From the NCBI RefSeq assembly GCF_001194135.2, contig NC_068994.1, positions 44,272,960 to 44,327,784 on the forward strand: a DNA stretch of 54,825 nucleotides. The letters run 5' to 3'. The notes beneath the pieces were generated by a model. That model did not search any database and was not told the DNA's origin. It was given only the letters and a program-made list of their open reading frames with translations. The DNA comes from Octopus bimaculoides. Taxonomy: Eukaryota. Numbering within the stretch: the stretch's first letter is position 1; each line of letters opens with the position of its first letter. Below are positions 13,425 to 26,940 of the stretch, piece by piece. The translations under genes and the position numbers were made by a program.

Positions 13425-14120
13425 ATTGTTTATTCTTGGAATGACATTGTAGGGTAGGTGTAAGAAGCAGAATCTAGCTGATCTGGATATGAAATAGGTA
13501 GAATATTCAGGCTAGATGTGGATGATTGAAATGGTAAAGGGTTGAATGCAGTGTCCCAGCATTGTTGCACCTAATGAGTGAAAGCAATAAAAGAATAGAA
13601 TGAAATACAAAAGCTTGTATGAAAATCTGTCCCTTGGAACCTGTCTATGATCATGATTCTATGATCATGAGCTGCAGAAACTTAAAATAAGCTTGAAATA
13701 AAACTCAAAATTCTAATGGAATATTCCACTTTCTCTTTTACAAATGAAATAATAATGAAATAGTCAAATCATGTTAGCTAATAGTTTTCATTGATGTGAT
13801 TGTTTATTTTTGGAATGACATTATAGCTTATTGGATATAAAATAGGTAGAATGTTTGGGTTGAATATGGCTGATTTAAATGCTAAAGGGCTGAATGCAGT
13901 GCTCCAGCAAGGCCACAATCTAATGATTGAAATCAATAAAAGAAAATCTATCTCTTAGAATCTGTCTATGTTTTTCCTTACTCAGATATATTTGTTCTAT
14001 GATCATGATTTGCAGAAACTTATAATAAGCTTGAAATGAAACGCAAAGTTCCAATGGAATATTCCACTTTTTGCTTTAGAAATAAAATGATAATGAAACA
14101 GACAAATCAAGTTAGCTAAT
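13425..14120 (+). repeat. Diverged ~370-bp tandem duplication
   Basis: Both units carry ttggaatgacatt...ataggtagaat...gaatgcagtg...tgcagaaactta.aataagcttgaaat...atggaatattccacttt...gttagctaat. Confidence 0.75.
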
Positions 14121-14169
14121 AAAAAAAAAAAAATAATAATTATAACAACAAAAAGCTGAAATATTTCTC

Positions 14170-14391
14170 ACATGTCAGAATAATCCTGATGTTTCATGAT
14201 TCTTCTGTTCCCATGATAGGTAGATATATTATAAAAGATGTCTGGTCTCCCTCACTCCAATTCTATCAGTTGATAAGCTGACATTATTACATCACTCTGA
14301 TAGTCAGGCAACTAGAGAAAGTCTCATGACATAAGAGTTTTTCTTCCACTGCTTTGCCACCATGTGCCACTGTTGTTTGGGGAATTTATAT
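14170..14391 (-). pseudogene. SZT2: SZT2-like fossil exon
   Basis: Acceptor tttctcttcag, phase 2, matching the phase-2 donor at 15065; YKFPKQQWHMVAKQWKKNSYVMRLSL/(frameshift)LPDYQSDVIMSAYQLIELE*GRPDIFYNIS. Confidence 0.55.
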
Positions 14392-14498
14392 CTGAAGAGA
14401 AACGTGAATGGAAATCAACATAAAACTTTATGTAATCTCTTTTCACATAATAAGCAGATAATTTTACTGCACAAATACACACACATATATACATACAT

Positions 14499-14560
<62 letters not shown>

Positions 14561-15064
14561 TACACACACACATGCACACACTCGCATACAATCATATTTG
14601 CATGCATTCAATTTTAGATCACAAGCCACAAACATATTATGATAGCTAGGCAATCAATTCCTATATTGGCAAGATTAGCAAAATTATTAAGCATTAAACA
14701 AAACACTTTACAGCATCTAGATGTGTACTTTTACATTCTGAGTTCAAATCCTGCTGAAGTCAACTCTGCCTTTTATTCCTCCAAGGTTATCTTTACCTTC
14801 TTTCATTCTTTCAAAATGGATAAAATAAAATACCAATCAAGTCCTGTGGCTGATTTAATACATTCCTGTAAAGCATCTTAAATGGGAACGGATTCATAAT
14901 AGAAAATGAAGACTATGTCTTCCACCCTTCTGTGGTCAACAGATAAAATACCAGTCAAGTATTAATGTTGACACAATTAACTATACTCAACTTAAAATTT
15001 GCTACCCTGTGCCAATGTTACAGGTAGTCAATTGAAGTAAAGTGTTACTCTATCTGAAACTTAC

Positions 15065-15419
15065 ACTCTTAAACAAAGTAAGAAAATCGTTTGGATTATT
15101 TCATTTTTGCTATGATCTATTTTCTGACTAGTTTTATTGCTCCTTATAAAACACCCCCAAAACCAGCTTCGGTTGTCATCCTTTTGCACCAGTCATCTAT
15201 ATCATCTTCTGAACCTTGAGTACCAGTCAAGTGCAGGAGTTTATCTAATATTCCTATAAAGACATCTGACTTAACTCCTCCATAGTCAGAGTACAAAACC
15301 TGCATCCCTCTCCCTGTGTGGCAGAGTAGGCTCATCAAACCAATATTCACAGCCTCCAGATCAGACTGCGGTTTGGGGGAAGAGAACATGCTGAGGTCTT
15401 CATCCTGCTGTGAACTGAA
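15065..15419 (-). pseudogene. SZT2: SZT2-like fossil exon, best preserved (one internal TAA)
   Basis: Acceptor attgctttag, donor GT|GTAAGT. 118-codon frame FSSQQDEDLS...EAGFGGVL*GAIKLVRKIDHSKNEIIQTIFLLCLR stays open on both sides of the TAA at 15144-15146. Confidence 0.65.
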
Positions 15420-15464
15420 CTAAAGCAATACAATCCAATCAATAAAGACATCTCAGATGTGAAT

Positions 15465-15565
15465 CATCATCATCGTTTAACGTCCGCTTTCCATGCTAGC
15501 ATAGGTTGGACAACTTGACTGAGGACTGATGAACCAAGTGGCTACACCAGGCTCCAATCTGATTG
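15465..15565. mobile_element. LINE-tail/SINE family C fragment (others ~15990-16250, 22380-22520, 24300-24470, 26310-26410, 29735-29980, 52290-52500)
   Basis: Shared catcatc.tttaa.gtcc..tttccatgct.gcatgggttgga terminus with an (ATC)n tail. Confidence 0.75.
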
Positions 15566-16467
15566 GAATTGTAAATGAAAACTATGACTAGGCTTGTCTT
15601 TCATCTTCAATAAACTAATTGTTAAGTTCTGGGGTTGATTTTGTTGACTGTTCTCTTCTATCAAATAATTGTTGAATATTCCAGCAGTTTTGAAGAGAAA
15701 GGTTTTTTATCAATACCATTGATTCCAGTACTTGGATTGTACTTTATTTTATTGGATCAAAAGGATGCAAAGTAAACTTCACTTCAGCAGGATTTGAACT
15801 CAAAATGTAAAGAGCTAGAAATATCATTAGGTTTTTTTTTATCTGACACTAACAATTCTGCCTTTCATCCTCCTCTCCATTATGATCATCATCATTATCA
15901 TCTATCATCATCATCGTCGTAGTTGTCATCGTCATCATCGTTGCTGTCATCGTCATCATCACCATCATCACTATCATCATCATCATCCTCATTATCATCA
16001 CTTAATGTCCGTTTTCCATGCTGGCAAAGGTTGGACAGTTTAACAGAGGTTGGTCATCTGGAGAGCTTCTCAGGCTCCAATTCTCTGTTTTGGAATGGTT
16101 TCTTTGACTGGATGCCCTTTCTAATGCCAGCCACTGTACAGAGTATACTAAGTGCTTTCTCTGTGGCACCAGCACCAATGCTTTATACATGGCACGTGCA
16201 TAGGTGCTTTTTACATGACACCAGCATGTGTGTTTTTTATGTAGCCCCAACACGGGTGCTTTTTACATGTTTTTTTACATGTTTCTGTCACTTAATGGTT
16301 TGGCAAAGGAGGCCAATAGAATGAGTACCAGGCTTTAAAAAAAATAAGTACTAGAGTCAATTCATTCTCCATTCAACTAAAAATTCTTCAAGGCAGTGCC
16401 CCAGCATGGCCGTAGGCTAATGACTGAAACAAGTAAAAGATAGAATACATACATACATATATATATA

Positions 16468-16861
16468 GGCATAGGAGTGGCTGTGTGGTAAGTAGCTTGC
16501 TTACCAACCATATGGTTCCGGGTTCATTCCCACGGCGTGGCACCTTGGGCAAGTGTCTTCTACTATAGCCTCGGGCCGACCAAAGCCTTGTGAGTTGATT
16601 TGGCAGACGGAAACTGAAAGAAGCCCATCATATATATGTATGTGTGTGTCTATGTTTGTGTGTCTGTGTTTGTCCCCCAAACATCGCTTGACAACCGATG
16701 CTGGTGTGTTTACGTCCCCGCAACTTAGTGGTTTGGCAAAAGAGACCAAAAGAATAAGTACTTGGCTTCCAAAGAATAAGTTCTGGGGTCAATTTGCTCA
16801 ACTAAAGGCGGTGCTCCAGCATGGCCGCAGTCAAATGACTGAAACAAGTAAAAGAGTAAAA

Positions 16862-16862
<1 letters not shown>
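16468..16862 (+). mobile_element. tRNA-derived SINE family A, full length
   Basis: Head GGAGTGGCTGTGTGGT (A box) ... GGTTCATTCCC (B box), central (TG)n, tail gactgaaacaagtaaaagagtaaaag. Confidence 0.9.
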
Positions 16863-16900
<38 letters not shown>

Positions 16901-17459
16901 CAAGGGAGATAAATCTTGGTATTAGTGCTCTAGAATAAATAACATTGGGCCATCATCTTGGTACCATTATGTAAATGAGCTGTATCAACCACAAGTCTCA
17001 ATAACATTTTAATGAATGCATTTCTGCTACTATCATCAACAGTTTGGAAGGGAGAAAAGAGCGAATTGTTAGATTACTATGAAGCTAATTGATTCAGTTC
17101 TTATCCCCAGCAACTGAAAAATGTCCTCTTGAGCCTGAATTTCACAATGATACCAAACACATATGAATATTTTTCCTTACATTTCTTTTCTTTATAATCC
17201 ATGCTATACTGGTAGTCTAATACTCTAATACTAACGTATTGTACTGGTACTAGTACTATAGTCCTGTATCAATACTTTAGTGCTCTCGTACCGAATCGGA
17301 ACCCGAGTACTCGAGTAATGTATTGATAGTGTAGTATAATGCAAGGGAGATAAATCTTGATGATAGTTTCATACTTTCAGTTCTTTGGAGAACAGAAAAC
17401 TTAGAAACCATAAGTTCATTTCATTTCCTTTTAATTGTATAAAGCGTATGGCTTAGTTC

Positions 17460-17660
17460 TCTGAATATCAATTCTCAAGGGAGAAACAAAACTCTCTCTT
17501 CTTTTCTTTCAAACAAAGAACAAGAGCTTAAAATGCTAGAGTCTTCACTCCTCACTGCAAATAAATTGATCAACCTCTTCTACAAACTCTCATATGAACT
17601 GATTGTTGCCAACACGACCATCAGCCAGTTGCCAACACTGACCATCAGGCCTCATTATTT
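17460..17660 (-). pseudogene. SZT2: SZT2-like fossil exon (candidate)
   Basis: ...NQFI*EFVEEVDQFICSEE*RL*HFKLLFFV*KKRRESF; resembles recalled PRQRLLLLEVVDKK. Boundaries approximate. Confidence 0.45.
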
Positions 17661-18170
17661 TAGATTAGTGGAGGGTAAGATAGTAAGAGAATATGTTTAA
17701 CTCCAATATATCATGGCACCAGTGGTTTATGGTGGGTGAACCGCCACACCCAATGCCACCAAATTTCAAGCAGGATTATAACAAAAGTTTTCCATTAAGA
17801 TTTGTGATTAAATTAATGAATAAGGTTAATATTTATAATGAATTTGCCATTTTCAATAGGTGTGCAGCACACACCTAGTACACACCTAGTACACACCTAG
17901 CACACACCTGGAACATATGCTCCTGCATGGCACATACTTTACAACATTAAAGTGAAAAAATGTTAAATTACGACAATTTATTTTTTATTTGTGTCTATAC
18001 TTTATTTTATTGATACCAAAAAGAAGAATGGCAGAGTAAACTTTGGCAAGATTTGAACTCAGAGCATAAAAGTTCATAAAACTTAATATTGCAAGGCATT
18101 TTGCCTGACACTCTAATAATCCTGCCAGTCTGCAAACATCACAAAATATTGCACAATACTTAAGTCAGGT

Positions 18171-18334
18171 TTTCGTCTGTCTTTACGTTCTGAGTTCAAA
18201 TCCCACTGAGGTCGACTTTGCCTTTCATCCTTTCAGGGTCGATAAATTAAGTACCCGTTGCGTACTGGGGTAGATCTAACTGACTGGCCACCCCCTCCCC
18301 AAAAATTTCGGGCCTTGTGCCTAAAGTAGAAAAG
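18171..18334 (+). mobile_element. 5'-truncated SINE family B with 16-bp TSD
   Basis: AATACTTAAGTCAGGT at 18155-18170 and 18335-18350. Confidence 0.85.
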
Positions 18335-21300
18335 AATACTTAAGTCAGGTGGATTTTTTACATTAGCACAAGGTAATAAGACTTTTGCTACCACCACAAG
18401 ATCTAGTCCTTGCAACAGTGTTCTGGCTTGTGTGCCTCAATGACTTTGAAAGCTATGGCAGCAGTACACAAGCCCCAAATAGGGCCTCCCATACTGAGCA
18501 GGTTAAAGGATGGAAACCAGAACAATACAGATCACTTCTTCTCAGAGATAAAAATTGGTTTGCATATGGTTAACACATACCCAGAAAAAAAACTTATGTT
18601 GCAGGAGTATAAGTGGCAATCCCAAACAAACAAAACTTAGAACAGTGGAGAATGGAGAAAAGTTATCACTGACCAATGCTCCGCAGAGAGTGAAGGGTTT
18701 ACATGAAATTAAATAAATAACGCTTTTGGAAACATAATATAAGGAAATAATCTATTAAACAATTGAAAAATGTAAGACCACAACTGGTTTTGTAAGACAC
18801 TACTTTCAATATATTTACTGGAAGAATGAAAGGTGAAGTCCACTTTGGTAAGTTTCAAACTTACAATGTAAGGGGACATAACAAAAATACTGAAAGGCAT
18901 AATGATAATTTGATATTAATTACTGTGAAGAACAGTATTTCATTTTACATCCATCATACATTTCCAAGCATATCACAGGTCTACAAGTCAATATTGTGTC
19001 TCACCCTGTGTTAGCAGGGCGATATTCTCACTTTTAAATTTATCTCTCTAGATTGTCTAAAGAATTCATAGTCAGCATTGCAGAACATCATAACTTGCAG
19101 TGAAGGTTCAGAGTTCTATATAAAATTTATGGAGATAAACTTAAAAGTGAGAATAACAATTTCCTACATAGGCAGAATGATAGAAATTTGGCAGGAAAGG
19201 AACAATCAGTCAAATCAAATCCAATATTTGACTGGTTCTTTATTTCATCAACCCACGCAGTATAAAACACTAAGTTGACTTCAGTGGGATTTGAACTCAA
19301 AATGATGTAACTAAATGCTGCAAGGCATTATTCTTCAATTGTTGGATGTTCTATCAATCCTGCTTTTATATTTTAGAATAGTGAAACAATAAGTTATGAA
19401 TTCCTTATGCCATTTTTTAAACCAAGTACATTGCTAATGTAAAACAGATATCCTGATGTTAGGAAGTTGTCTCCCTTGACTCTTGCTCTCCACTTCAAGA
19501 TTTTCTGCTGTTCTGTTAAGCTTCATTCATTGTTTGATGATTATGTCAAATACTACTTCCAAGATTATCATTTATATAGCTATGCTTATCTGTATTTGAC
19601 AAATACATATTGTCAACCAGGGAGGACAAAGAGAAAATACTGGGTTTGAAATAACCGTTAACAAGAAGTGTATCATGCTAAAATTACATCACATAGTTTG
19701 CACACAGGAATACAAGATATAATGGTGCATGTAATTAAATAGCTAAAACTATTTGCTAAAAACAAACACAGGGCTGGTAATTTTTGTTATTCTTTTCAGT
19801 CAATCGATTACCCTAAATTGGCACTTTTTTTTATCAGTCCTAAGATGACAAAAGGCAAAGTTGACTTCAATGGGATTTGTTCAGAACACAGAGATCAGAA
19901 TAGATATCATGAGACATTGTATCTGATACCTTAGCAACACTGCCAGTTCAACACCTAAATGTAAAGTCTTGATAGATAATTGCTTTTCATTCATTCAGTA
20001 ACGTAAATTCTTGATAATTTCCTGTTGTTTAAATTATCTTCTAATTTTATCATTTATCATTTACTTGCTTTAGTCATTAGACTGAAGCCATGCTGGAGCA
20101 CCACCTTGAAAGATGTAGTCAAACAAATCGACCCCAGTACTTAAGCCTGACACATTCAATTAGTCTCTTTTGCCAAACCACTAAGTTATCGGTACATAAA
20201 CACCAATACTAGTTATCATGTGATGGTAGAGAACAAACTCAAAGACACACTTCAATGATCACAAGTTCAACACCCCGAACCACTAGTTCACAGGCCTTCG
20301 CATCATTCACATCACTCACATCACCTCTAATAGGCTCCAACAATATTCCCCTTCAACTTTTACCCGTGATAGTCTCTCACAAATATTCTAAAGAAGAAAG
20401 ATAAAGAATACAGTAAATGCTTCAATTACTAAAATTTCAAATCTAAACAAGCTGGAATGTGTTGTAAGCAAAGAGCAATTACTTGAAATTTAAAAAGAAT
20501 AATAATTAGATAAAATATTCAAAATACTATAGAGAAAAAATTTTTTTTTTAAAAAGAGTTATGTAAAACCAAGCAAGATTAACAACAACACAAAAAGTTC
20601 ACACATTTCGCCAGATACTTAATGGCTGGAATAATCTTTTATGAGGAGAATCTAGTGCTTAGGATAAACAAAGAAGAATTTTAAACTAATAGTAACTTTC
20701 TATTTTAAAAAAATAAATAAACAGGTGGTGATGTGAGGTGCTTTATTGAAATTCCCAAGTTTCACAATTGCTAAGGAATTTATTCGAAATTTCTCTAGAA
20801 AATATATTTACACAAATATGAATGTAATTCTCTTAAGAGAGTGTTATGAATATTTAAAAGGTACTGTCAAGTAATCTTTATAATAATTTTTTTTTCTCTA
20901 AGCATGAGGTCTAAAATTTTGGGGGAGCGGGCTAGTCGATTAGATCTTTATAATAATTTTTTCTACTCAAGGCACAAGGTCTGAAATTTTGGGGGAGGGA
21001 GCCAGTCAATTAGATCGACCTCATTATACAACTTGTACTTAATTTATCAACCCTGAAAGGATGATAGGCAAGCTTTTTAATAGCCTGTTGACTCACCATC
21101 AAGGATAATATCTTTGGATTGTATGTTTTGGATTAACCAATGTGGTGGAAGCAGTACCAGATTTTGGACAAATGTGGCCTTGTGCTAATTAAGTTATGAG
21201 GACCCGTACTTGGGGACCCCTTACTTATAAAGGCCCTTCATTGGCCCTTTTATGTAAAATAATAACATGTAAAAGAGTTCACATTATTAATTTCACTTTT

Positions 21301-21711
21301 ATAACTTTTAGGAATAACATTTGAATTCGAATGTTTGACATTTGAAAAATTCATCCTAAAAAAATTGGTGGGAGGCAGGAAGATGCCCCACTGCCCCAGT
21401 CAACAGAGTCCTGTGCTTAAGCACACCTAAGCACAATAGTAAATCCAGCACTGGGTGGAAGCCATCTGTTTCAAAGCAATATGATTTGGTCAGCAATTGA
21501 ACTCCTGATGATCATCATAAATCTGATATTCCCTCTTGGCAAATTATGATGCTTTCATACAATCTCTACTATATTTAAACATAGCATAATTTTTAAACAA
21601 TGCATATACTATAATAATCTTGTTTTGTTAATATTTATATCAGTAGTATGTTTTATCACATATGCTAGTGATGCATGCACCAGTGGCATAAGTTATAAGA
21701 AGGTTTACTAC

Positions 21712-22127
21712 ACTTGGTTTATAACAGACTGTTGTGTCGACGGGCGAAGAAGTAGGATCTCCCAAGACATATAAATAGAGGTTGTCTGGCCGTGGCGGGG
21801 TGTGTTGAGTAGCAGTTGTGTAGCAGTTGAGTAGAGATCATCCGAAGGTGCTAGATAGCAGTAGCGTTGAGACATAACACAGACATAGTCAAATTTTTTG
21901 AGAAAGATGCCACATGAGGCATGGCTTATCATTAGGCAAGCCACACTACTAAAAAAAAAATTGAAGGTTGTTTCTTATTAGGCATCAGAAGGTCCTGCAG
22001 GTCACAAGTTGTCCATGACTGATTTGGAAACAGAACAAAAGTACTTGGTTCTAATCCAGTCAAGTACTGTGTATGCATCCATAAATAATAGACTTGATAG
22101 TGATTCGTGATCAAACCAAGTGGAATG
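21712..22127 (-). pseudogene. SZT2: SZT2-like fossil exon
   Basis: Acceptor catttacccag; single frame of about 138 codons with 3 stops: HSTWFDHESLSSLLFMDAYTVLDWIRTKYFCSVSKSVMDNL*PAGPSDA**ETTF...YMSWEILLLRP. Confidence 0.62.
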
Positions 22128-23003
22128 CTGGGTAAATGTAAATATCTGTTTATTGCTAATATGGTTATTAAACTCAGGTTAAATAGTCCTAAAATTTATG
22201 ATCATATTAGCAATAAATCATTTCAAACGTTTAGATATTTTGCAGCATAGTGCTATGTAGATTCCAAGTTCAATATTTATATTCAATAACCTTATTTAGT
22301 AACATAATAAGGATATCCCAGGTTCAATATCCACAGTATGAGACCAATATACATTTATACTAGTGAAATCATCAGCATCATCATTGTTGTCATCATTATC
22401 ATTTAATGTCTGGCTTCCATGCTGCTATAGGTTGGATAATTTGTGACGGCCTGACAAGTCAGCAGAACTGCATCATATGTCAATGACTACAGTGGCATGG
22501 CTTCTATGACAAGGATGCCCTAGAGGCAAATCTATCTTTTAGTTTGTTTTGTTTTGTTTTGCTTTTTTTCTATGTAGAAGGCAAATGCCTATAAACATCT
22601 TTATTAAATATATCATTCGATATCCCTACATTCTTTACTCGGATCCAAATTTTTCCCAAGCAGAATTAGTTATTTCCAATAAACACAAACTGAAGCTTCC
22701 TGGGTTTTTCTTATGAACTCAGCAACCCACTCTATACTCAATGAGCTTCACCACTGATTAGGTTGCTTCATAACAGATATGCTATTTCCAATGATTTACT
22801 GATGCATAAGCACTGCCTTTGTGAATGGACTAACTGACCTATCTTTGGTTACAGTTTTACATTACAGAACATTTTATTGGAAGGCTGCTTCTTACGTATG
22901 TGAGTGTGTAATTGTGTGAGTGTATATTCACGGTATTATTGGAAACATTTCTGTTAATAATGTTTACCTATCTCTAGCAAAGATCTGAGGTGATAATGCT
23001 TAC

Positions 23004-23078
23004 CGTTTTCTTCCATTATTGGTAACTGGATATTGTTATTCTTTGTATTAGACTTTGGCACTTTGGATTATTTCACTG
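23004..23078 (-). pseudogene. 75-nt fossil exon with strong splice sites
   Basis: tttttttcag acceptor and ACG|GTAAGC donor, but stops in all three frames; lies between SZT2-like exons. Confidence 0.4.
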
Positions 23079-23442
23079 CTGAAAAAAATAAGTTTTCCAT
23101 GAAAGTACGATTATTGTTGCTGCATCTTAATTTCTTGTAATATAAGTGAATGCATATGTTTGTGGATTCTAAATAACTTATCTAGCTATATATATATATA
23201 TACATACACATGAATAGATATATATATATATACATATATATATGTATGTATGTGTGTGTATATATGTATGTATATAATGTACTGTTCCATGATAGAAAAT
23301 TCAACAAAAAAAGTACTCCATCTGGTAAGAGAACTATTATTTATTTAAGGACGCAATACATGTTTGTGCCTGAAGAATGTGTTTAAAATATTTCTCAACA
23401 CATGAAATTAATAGTAGTACTTAAAGATATGTATTGTGTCCT

Positions 23443-23516
<74 letters not shown>

Positions 23517-24649
23517 TAGATAGATAGATAGATAGATAGATCTTTATATATGTATGTATGTATATGCATGTATTTTTGCATGCAAGTGTATGTGTGTATG
23601 CGTGTGTCTTAAAGATAAATTGTCCTCTAGATATGCGAATGTATTCATATATATATATATGCTTGCATGTATATTTGTATGTATATGTGTATGTGTTTGT
23701 GAATGAATGTGTGTGTGAGTGTGTATGAACATTTTTACCATGCAGCTATCATATTTTCCTTCATCCATTTCTACTTCTGTTTTTCTATGCCAGCATGTGT
23801 TAGTTGAATATTTGTATTCTTGAGGCATTGTTTTACAGCCAAATGCTCTTCTTATTGCTAATCTTAAGAGGTTTTTCAAGCAACTGATTGCTTATTCCAC
23901 ACATCTTTGAAACCACAGAACCCTTGCAAGATATGCTAACAGAGAAAGTGATGACAACATCATCACCAATTGTAACATTGGTAAAGGTAAACATTCTAAC
24001 AGACACATACACCCAATAATATATGTATACGCATATATACCTACACATCTACACATACTCACACATATAGCTTCATGGAGCTTTTGTAAACCAAATTTAT
24101 TCACATGGCATTGGTCAGCCTAGTGCTACAGCAGCACACGCTTGCCCAAGGTACCATACAGTGGGACTGAGCCCATAATTAAATCATTCAAGGTTTTCAA
24201 CAACTTCTTCTACAGACAGTTTCAAATTTGGATGCAGGGGAATGTTTTCCACACTCTAGATTTAGAGCAATAGGTCATCATGGTGAGATCAGCTACTTCC
24301 TCATCAGCATCATCATTTAACGTCCATTTTCCACACTGGCATGAGTTGGACAGTTTGATCAGAGCTGGAAAGCTGGAGAGCTACACCAGGTTCCAGTCTG
24401 ATTTGGCTTGGTTTCTACAGCTGGATGCTCTTCCTAATGCCAACCACTTTGCAGAGTGTGCTCGATGATTTTTTTTATATGGTGCCATAAAACGCACATA
24501 TAATTATTACCAGTGATGGAATCAAGGAGAAAATGAGATGTGGTAAGTAATAATTAGTAGATTGCACAGAATCTGTTAAGAAACTGAGAATTTGGGATTA
24601 TCTTCTTTGTACATCAATAAATATCTATGTTTTTTTTTTTGTCATTATA

Positions 24650-25232
24650 AGACAATGTGTCCTGGAAATGACTTTAAACTTCATCCAGTAGTGGGGCTTC
24701 TGGATCTGGAATTCCAGGGTTTTGAGGGAAGTGTAATATGTCTAAAATTAAGGACCTTTTGATAAATATGTCTAAAATTAAGGACCTTTTGATAAATTGT
24801 TTCCAAGTTTGCAAAATGATTATGAAAAACTACCTGTGGACATTATCTGCATAAAACAAGTGAATTCTATTTCATTTAATATAGTCTGCAAAAATATTAC
24901 AGTGATTTATAATAACTCTTGTAGTTGATCTGGAAGCCTATGCAATACAATGTGAGGATTAAGATCAGACACCATATTAGCAATGGCAAATCTGTAATTG
25001 ATTTGGAAGCAGCCAATGCAATATAAGTCTTAGGATTAAGACTAGACTCTGTAACACCAAGTCAAATCTGTTCCAATGTATGATTCCCAGTTCTGGTGAG
25101 TGAAAAAAGTGGACTTAAACATATGGATGCCTGAAGAAAGTATGTTACATCTTCTTCTGGTGCAACAAATTGCCAATTGAGGAACTGTACCACAAAACTG
25201 GTTTTGGAAATGTGGTCCTTGAAATAAAATTT
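24650..25232 (-). pseudogene. SZT2: SZT2-like fossil exon (large, frameshifted)
   Basis: KFYFKDHISK...LEQI*LGVTESSLNPKTYIALAASKSITDLPL/...LNPHIVLHRLPDQLQELL*...IYQKVLNFRHI(x2)TLPSNPGIPDPEAPLLDEV*. Boundaries approximate. Confidence 0.58.
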
Positions 25233-25899
25233 CTGACAGCTCATAAGACTGGATAATGCTCTCAGAATGGACCAGGACAGAGTTGCTTAAGGTGGCATTA
25301 TAATAGACATCATCTAAAAAGCATCAAAGAACACCTGATATTGAACAGTTAAAAGTTAGCTGAGAGAAATGGATTTTGATATGGAACGAGGCAAAGAGAT
25401 TTTAAAGATCAGTTTGAAGGGTATCAAATAGGTAATGTCTTATTTCCTACTAGGGAAGTAGAGCATTAAACAAATAATGAATAAGCCTTGCAGTGAAGAG
25501 AAGGAAACATAGGTTTAATGGTTAATGTTAATAAAATCTAGTTAGGGCAAAAAATGGGGAGACAACTTCATGATTTTAATTAAATTTGAATTATACATAG
25601 AGTGAAGAAATAAAAAACATAAACTTGAAGACCAATAATAATTTCACCTGATCACACGCACACACACACATGCATAGACATGTAAAATTATAATATGGTT
25701 ATCTTATGTTTATGCCAATATTTGTCATAGTTCCATTCAGTGTTTGAATATACTGAAATGTGTTAAATAAAGACAGGAGATAAAACTAAGATACACAACA
25801 TCAGGAACATTACTGTTTAGTTAAATGTTGTATTTAGATAAATTTTGGTGTTTACATAAATTTTGATGTTTAGACAAATCTTTCTGTTTAGATAAATCG

Positions 25900-26141
25900 T
25901 AAATAAAAGTATTTGATAGATGCTGGTAAACTATCTCTAGTACAAAGAAACAGCTGTACATTCATATAACACTCTGTTGCTGACCTTAAAAATATTCTAT
26001 TTATTAACCGAGAGTGAGAACAGGCAATTCACTTTCCTACTAAAGATTCCAGCAGCATTGATTACTTTTTGTGTTATCTTCTAACCTTTGCTTATTTTGG
26101 ATATTTTCTTTCTATTCATCCAGTCAAACAAATTTTTGAAA
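25900..26141 (-). pseudogene. SZT2: SZT2-like fossil exon
   Basis: Acceptor ttttttaaag, phase 2, matching the donor at 26811; FKNLFDWMNRKKISKISKG*KITQKVINAAGIFSRKVNCLFSLSVNK*. 3' end approximate. Confidence 0.5.
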
Positions 26142-26635
26142 CTTTAAAAAATATTACAGCACTAAAATTTTTATTATTTTAAATACCCCAGTGTTTGTAA
26201 ACTTTTTATTTTCATTTTTTTACTTTTGGTTTTTGTTTTTTTTAATTTGCTTATTTTGAAGCAGTGCTTCTGTACAGGGTTACACAAGGGCTCCTAGCCA
26301 TAGAAATCATGCCAAAGAAGACATTGAAGTATGACACAGTCCTCCAGTTCATTGGATCCTATCAAACTGTCCCATCTATGCTGGCATGGAAGATGGATGT
26401 TAACGATGATTATGATAATAATGACGACGACAAGGATGATGCTGATGATAACGATCGTGAAGATGATAATGATGGTGATGATGATGACAAACAATGGTTA
26501 TTCTAGCTCTTATTAGTGTTAATCATTCTGATAAAACAAACATGGAAATATTTTAGCTGCAATCAGGGAATAGTATTCCTCCAAAATTTGTGAAATCAAA
26601 ATAAAACAAGGCATATAGATGACCAGAGAATGGAA

Positions 26636-26668
<33 letters not shown>

Positions 26669-26810
26669 AACAAGAAATATTGATTACCTCCAATATCTTG
26701 AATCATGAATTAAAAAATACCAAAACAGAATTATACAAAATTTAAAACTAAAATCATGAATATTTTAAAGAATAATTAACAACATATACAATTAATTATC
26801 AGACCACAAC

Positions 26811-26940
26811 CTGAAACTGAAAGTAGCAGCTGCCATGTCAATAAACTGTCCAAAAAACACCCAAAAGCTTTGTAGTTTCTATCTTCTCATCAGAACTTCA
26901 CTATGTTCATTGACCAGCGAATAAAAATTTAGCTGTCAAT
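26811..26940 (-). pseudogene. SZT2: SZT2-like fossil exon
   Basis: LNFYSLVNEHSEVLMRR*KLQSFWVFFGQFIDMAAATFSF; donor CAG|GTTGTG. 5' end approximate. Confidence 0.5.

Noticed and set aside
14170-15419. In-frame TGA/TAA as selenocysteine, readthrough or A-to-I-rescued codons
   Set aside because: Dozens of stops of all three types plus frameshifts and TE insertions occur across the gene. A-to-I editing could only give Trp. Ordinary pseudogene decay explains the pattern.
17443-17700. Open plus-strand frame with a plausible acceptor and GG|GTAAGA donor (QELKMLESSLLTANKLINLFYKL...)
   Set aside because: The minus strand gives an SZT2-like motif at the expected colinear position, and no partner plus-strand exons were found. 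Not fully excluded.
18370-20481. Further weak minus-strand exon candidates (18370-18680, 19430-19590, 20364-20481; also 2300-2680 and 47170-47310)
   Set aside because: Probably more fossil exons, but frame and boundaries cannot be fixed without an alignment.
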